Assembly: GCA_028023455.1 (NCBI GenBank)
Contig: JAQFVV010000002.1
Span: 33,170,001-33,234,000 of the forward strand
DNA from: Epiperipatus broadwayi
Lineage: Eukaryota > Animalia > Onychophora
Direction of reading: 5' to 3'
DNA: 64,000 nt
The notes below the pieces were generated by a model. That model saw only the letters and a program-made list of their open reading frames with translations. It was not told where the DNA came from and did no database searches. The translations under genes were made by a program, and so were the position numbers. Below are positions 61,591 to 64,000 of this stretch, one piece after another (position 1 is the stretch's first letter; each line of letters opens with the position of its first letter).

Positions 61591-63130
61591 AAAAAAATTA
61601 AATAAGTATTTAATCTACTATTTATATATCAAAGATGCTCAAAACTGAAAATATTTACAGTAGTCATCACAATAAAGTTTAAAATTACAGCCAATTAAAA
61701 CTGTCAACATTCTGCAGTGTGACCATTTCATGACTTACAACACCCATTTTTTAGCAGACTATTAATGCAATGATTAAATCACAATGTAACTTAAAACTCC
61801 TAATCAGTTTAAATATCTAATCCAAGATTAGGCTGATTTTGAAGTATGAAATAATCATAAATCTGGGTTAATGTTATTATACATTCTACCTATAGCAAAT
61901 AATTTTAAAATTATTGAAACAACTATATATTTCAACATGATATCTAGCAATAAGTTTAGTATTTTAACTGCCTGTAATCTTAAATTTTGTTCTGATAATT
62001 AATTTATGCATTTCCAATTTGCATTTGAGCATCTTTGACTTATACATAACTATGTATGTCATAAATAATTAAACATGGGTGTGTATAAATATGCTTACAT
62101 TTACATAAATAATATCTTCCATAGAATCTTCTCAATATTATATAACATATAATTAATATCAAAAACAAATAGTCTATAAATAAAATCTACTTCTCTTCAA
62201 TTAAAAAATCTATTCTCAAAGTATTTGAATTTCAAATCCTATTCCTCTTAAATCATTAATTCAATCAAATCTAGCGTTAGCATTATTAATCAATTTAACC
62301 ATCGAAGATAACTTTTTCAAAACTGTTAAATCTCAACTTACCTTAAGCTAAGAAACTAGTCCAGATTCCATCTTATTCAATCGGACTGAGCATTCATTGC
62401 CATGGACCAACAGATATATGAATAGATAACACATATTTAACAGTTACTGGCCAATGAGTAATGATGCTCAATGAATCTGGTTGTTTTCATTATGGAAAGG
62501 GATCTGACTGAGGTACAATTTACTATCAGACCTGAATGACAGTATGCCCATTGTCTCCACTATATGATTAAAACAGAGTAAGGCAAGTTCGCATTAGAAT
62601 TGGAAGCTTCTAAAAACTAAATCAGACACAAAGCAATCTATCGTAAAATAGCTGGATGTGTCATCATACCTATTCACAAGGCAGGTTGTCATGGTATAGC
62701 TGGAAGTAGTAGGTATATACAAAGGTATCTGAAGTCCCTTACATTAATAGTTGCATGGCAACTAGATCCTATATCTTGCTAACAATATCAGGTAAAGTAT
62801 AACAGTTGTATATATTGAAATACATATTTGTATATTTGTTTTAATTAACAAATATTTAATAGTATTTTTTACGAGTCCATGTTTATTTTAATCACGCGTA
62901 AACACAACAAAAATATAATAGCTATCGAATTAAAAATCAAAAATATATTCAAATAGCACCTGTTATATCCATATAATTCTATAATTAAAAATATGTACTG
63001 TATATTTTTGAAAAGAAAAAAAGATTGAGTCGTGATTAGAAACAGAAGTAAATGGATTTGTCACCTGTTATATATATTCACAAACCAAAAAAAAAAATTT
63101 AAGCAAAAAAAAAAAATCTTGTCTTATCTT

Positions 63131-63237
63131 TTTTTTCTTCTCATGTGTCATAGTATCAGCCAGGAAGCGAACACGCCAAACCGGGACAACTGCCTGTAAA
63201 GCAGCCATCGCTGACCTCTCGACCACCAATGCTTGAC
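63131..63237 (-). mobile_element. Short tRNA-derived SINE, diverged copy
   Basis: gctgacctctcgaccaccaatgc shared with the other two copies; 15-bp TSD atcttgtcttatctt (63116-63130 and 63238-63252). Confidence 0.85.
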
Positions 63238-64000
63238 ATCTTGTCTTATCTTAACACTTAATTTGCTCCAGTTTGGTATTTTTAATTGGCAAATGACTGT
63301 TTTTTTACTCAGCGTAAAAAAAAAATAATAATTATTTAATATTTATGAAAGCAAAAAATGTTTTAAATTTAATTCAAAATTATAAAATTTAATAATGTGA
63401 ATTTGTAAAAAATTTGGATAAAAAATTTCCAATAAATAACTGTGAGTCAAATTGTATTTTTGTTCTCTAGAGTCTATTGAACAGTATTTTGAACTGTTGT
63501 AGGCTTACAAATATGTTTTTTTTAAACTCATCTTTAAAAAATATAATTATTTAATTTAAAATTATAACAGCTTGGACCATCTGTATAAAAACATTTTCAT
63601 GAAATTAAATTGAGTATTTACCAGAAGTAGATAAATGCTATCATCTTTAGATCACAGTCTAAGTTTTGAATTAACAAGTGATATAATCCACTTCAAATTA
63701 TCTTCATGAGCTATATCTTGCCCAATCTGCTTCCGATTGAAAATTAGGAAGAGTTAAATATCAAAGTAGGACGCTTCTTGAACTTCTCTGGTTTAAATAA
63801 CTTATTTATTTCAGAATGAATGCCCAGAGTTGATGTTTCAGATGTTACAAGTTGAGTTGATGAACATATAGATATTGCAAATATCCCAGTGTGGCATTAG
63901 TAAAAGATTTTCATCAGTCAAGTTTAGATGGACTGAAGATGTTCTAGCGATATATCAATAGCAAAAATATTTAATCTATAATGTCAATCCAGTAATAGTC

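Noticed and set aside
63600-64000. Upstream BED-finger exon of the ZBED-like gene
   Set aside because: Minus-strand translation has stops in the frames read and no C-x2-C...H pattern. Donor-like sites at about 59648, 61738 and 62340 do not give BED sequence either.

Overview
Very AT-rich eukaryotic DNA (invertebrate-like, probably arthropod; inferred from composition and TE content only). It holds two host genes. (1) The 3' part of a multi-exon coiled-coil protein gene on + has short exons from 5069 to a stop at 47447, separated by introns of up to about 10-18 kb. (2) A spliced, catalytically degenerate hAT/ZBED-like transposase-derived gene on - has a last exon at 57635-59356. The rest is intron or intergenic sequence packed with TE remnants: Penelope RT+GIY-YIG, RTE LINEs, mariner/Tc1, hAT non-autonomous elements with 8-bp TSDs, a Gypsy fragment and a short tRNA-derived SINE. 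The main signal, invisible in the ORF track, is a dense population of hammerhead-ribozyme (HHR) repeats read by eye from the sequence. Family A is a non-coding 465-nt retrozyme-like monomer with a type I HHR (CUGAUGA...GAAACUAGUC). It occurs as a TSD-flanked tandem/inverted concatemer at 7247-9301 and in at least six more insertions, almost all head-to-head. Family B is a different HHR element followed by a tRNA-like B-box. Family C comprises minimal Penelope-type HHRs in short palindromic inserts. A decayed Penelope element with a matching terminal repeat is a plausible mobilising partner. No folding, alignment or database search was run; boundaries of old repeats are approximate.
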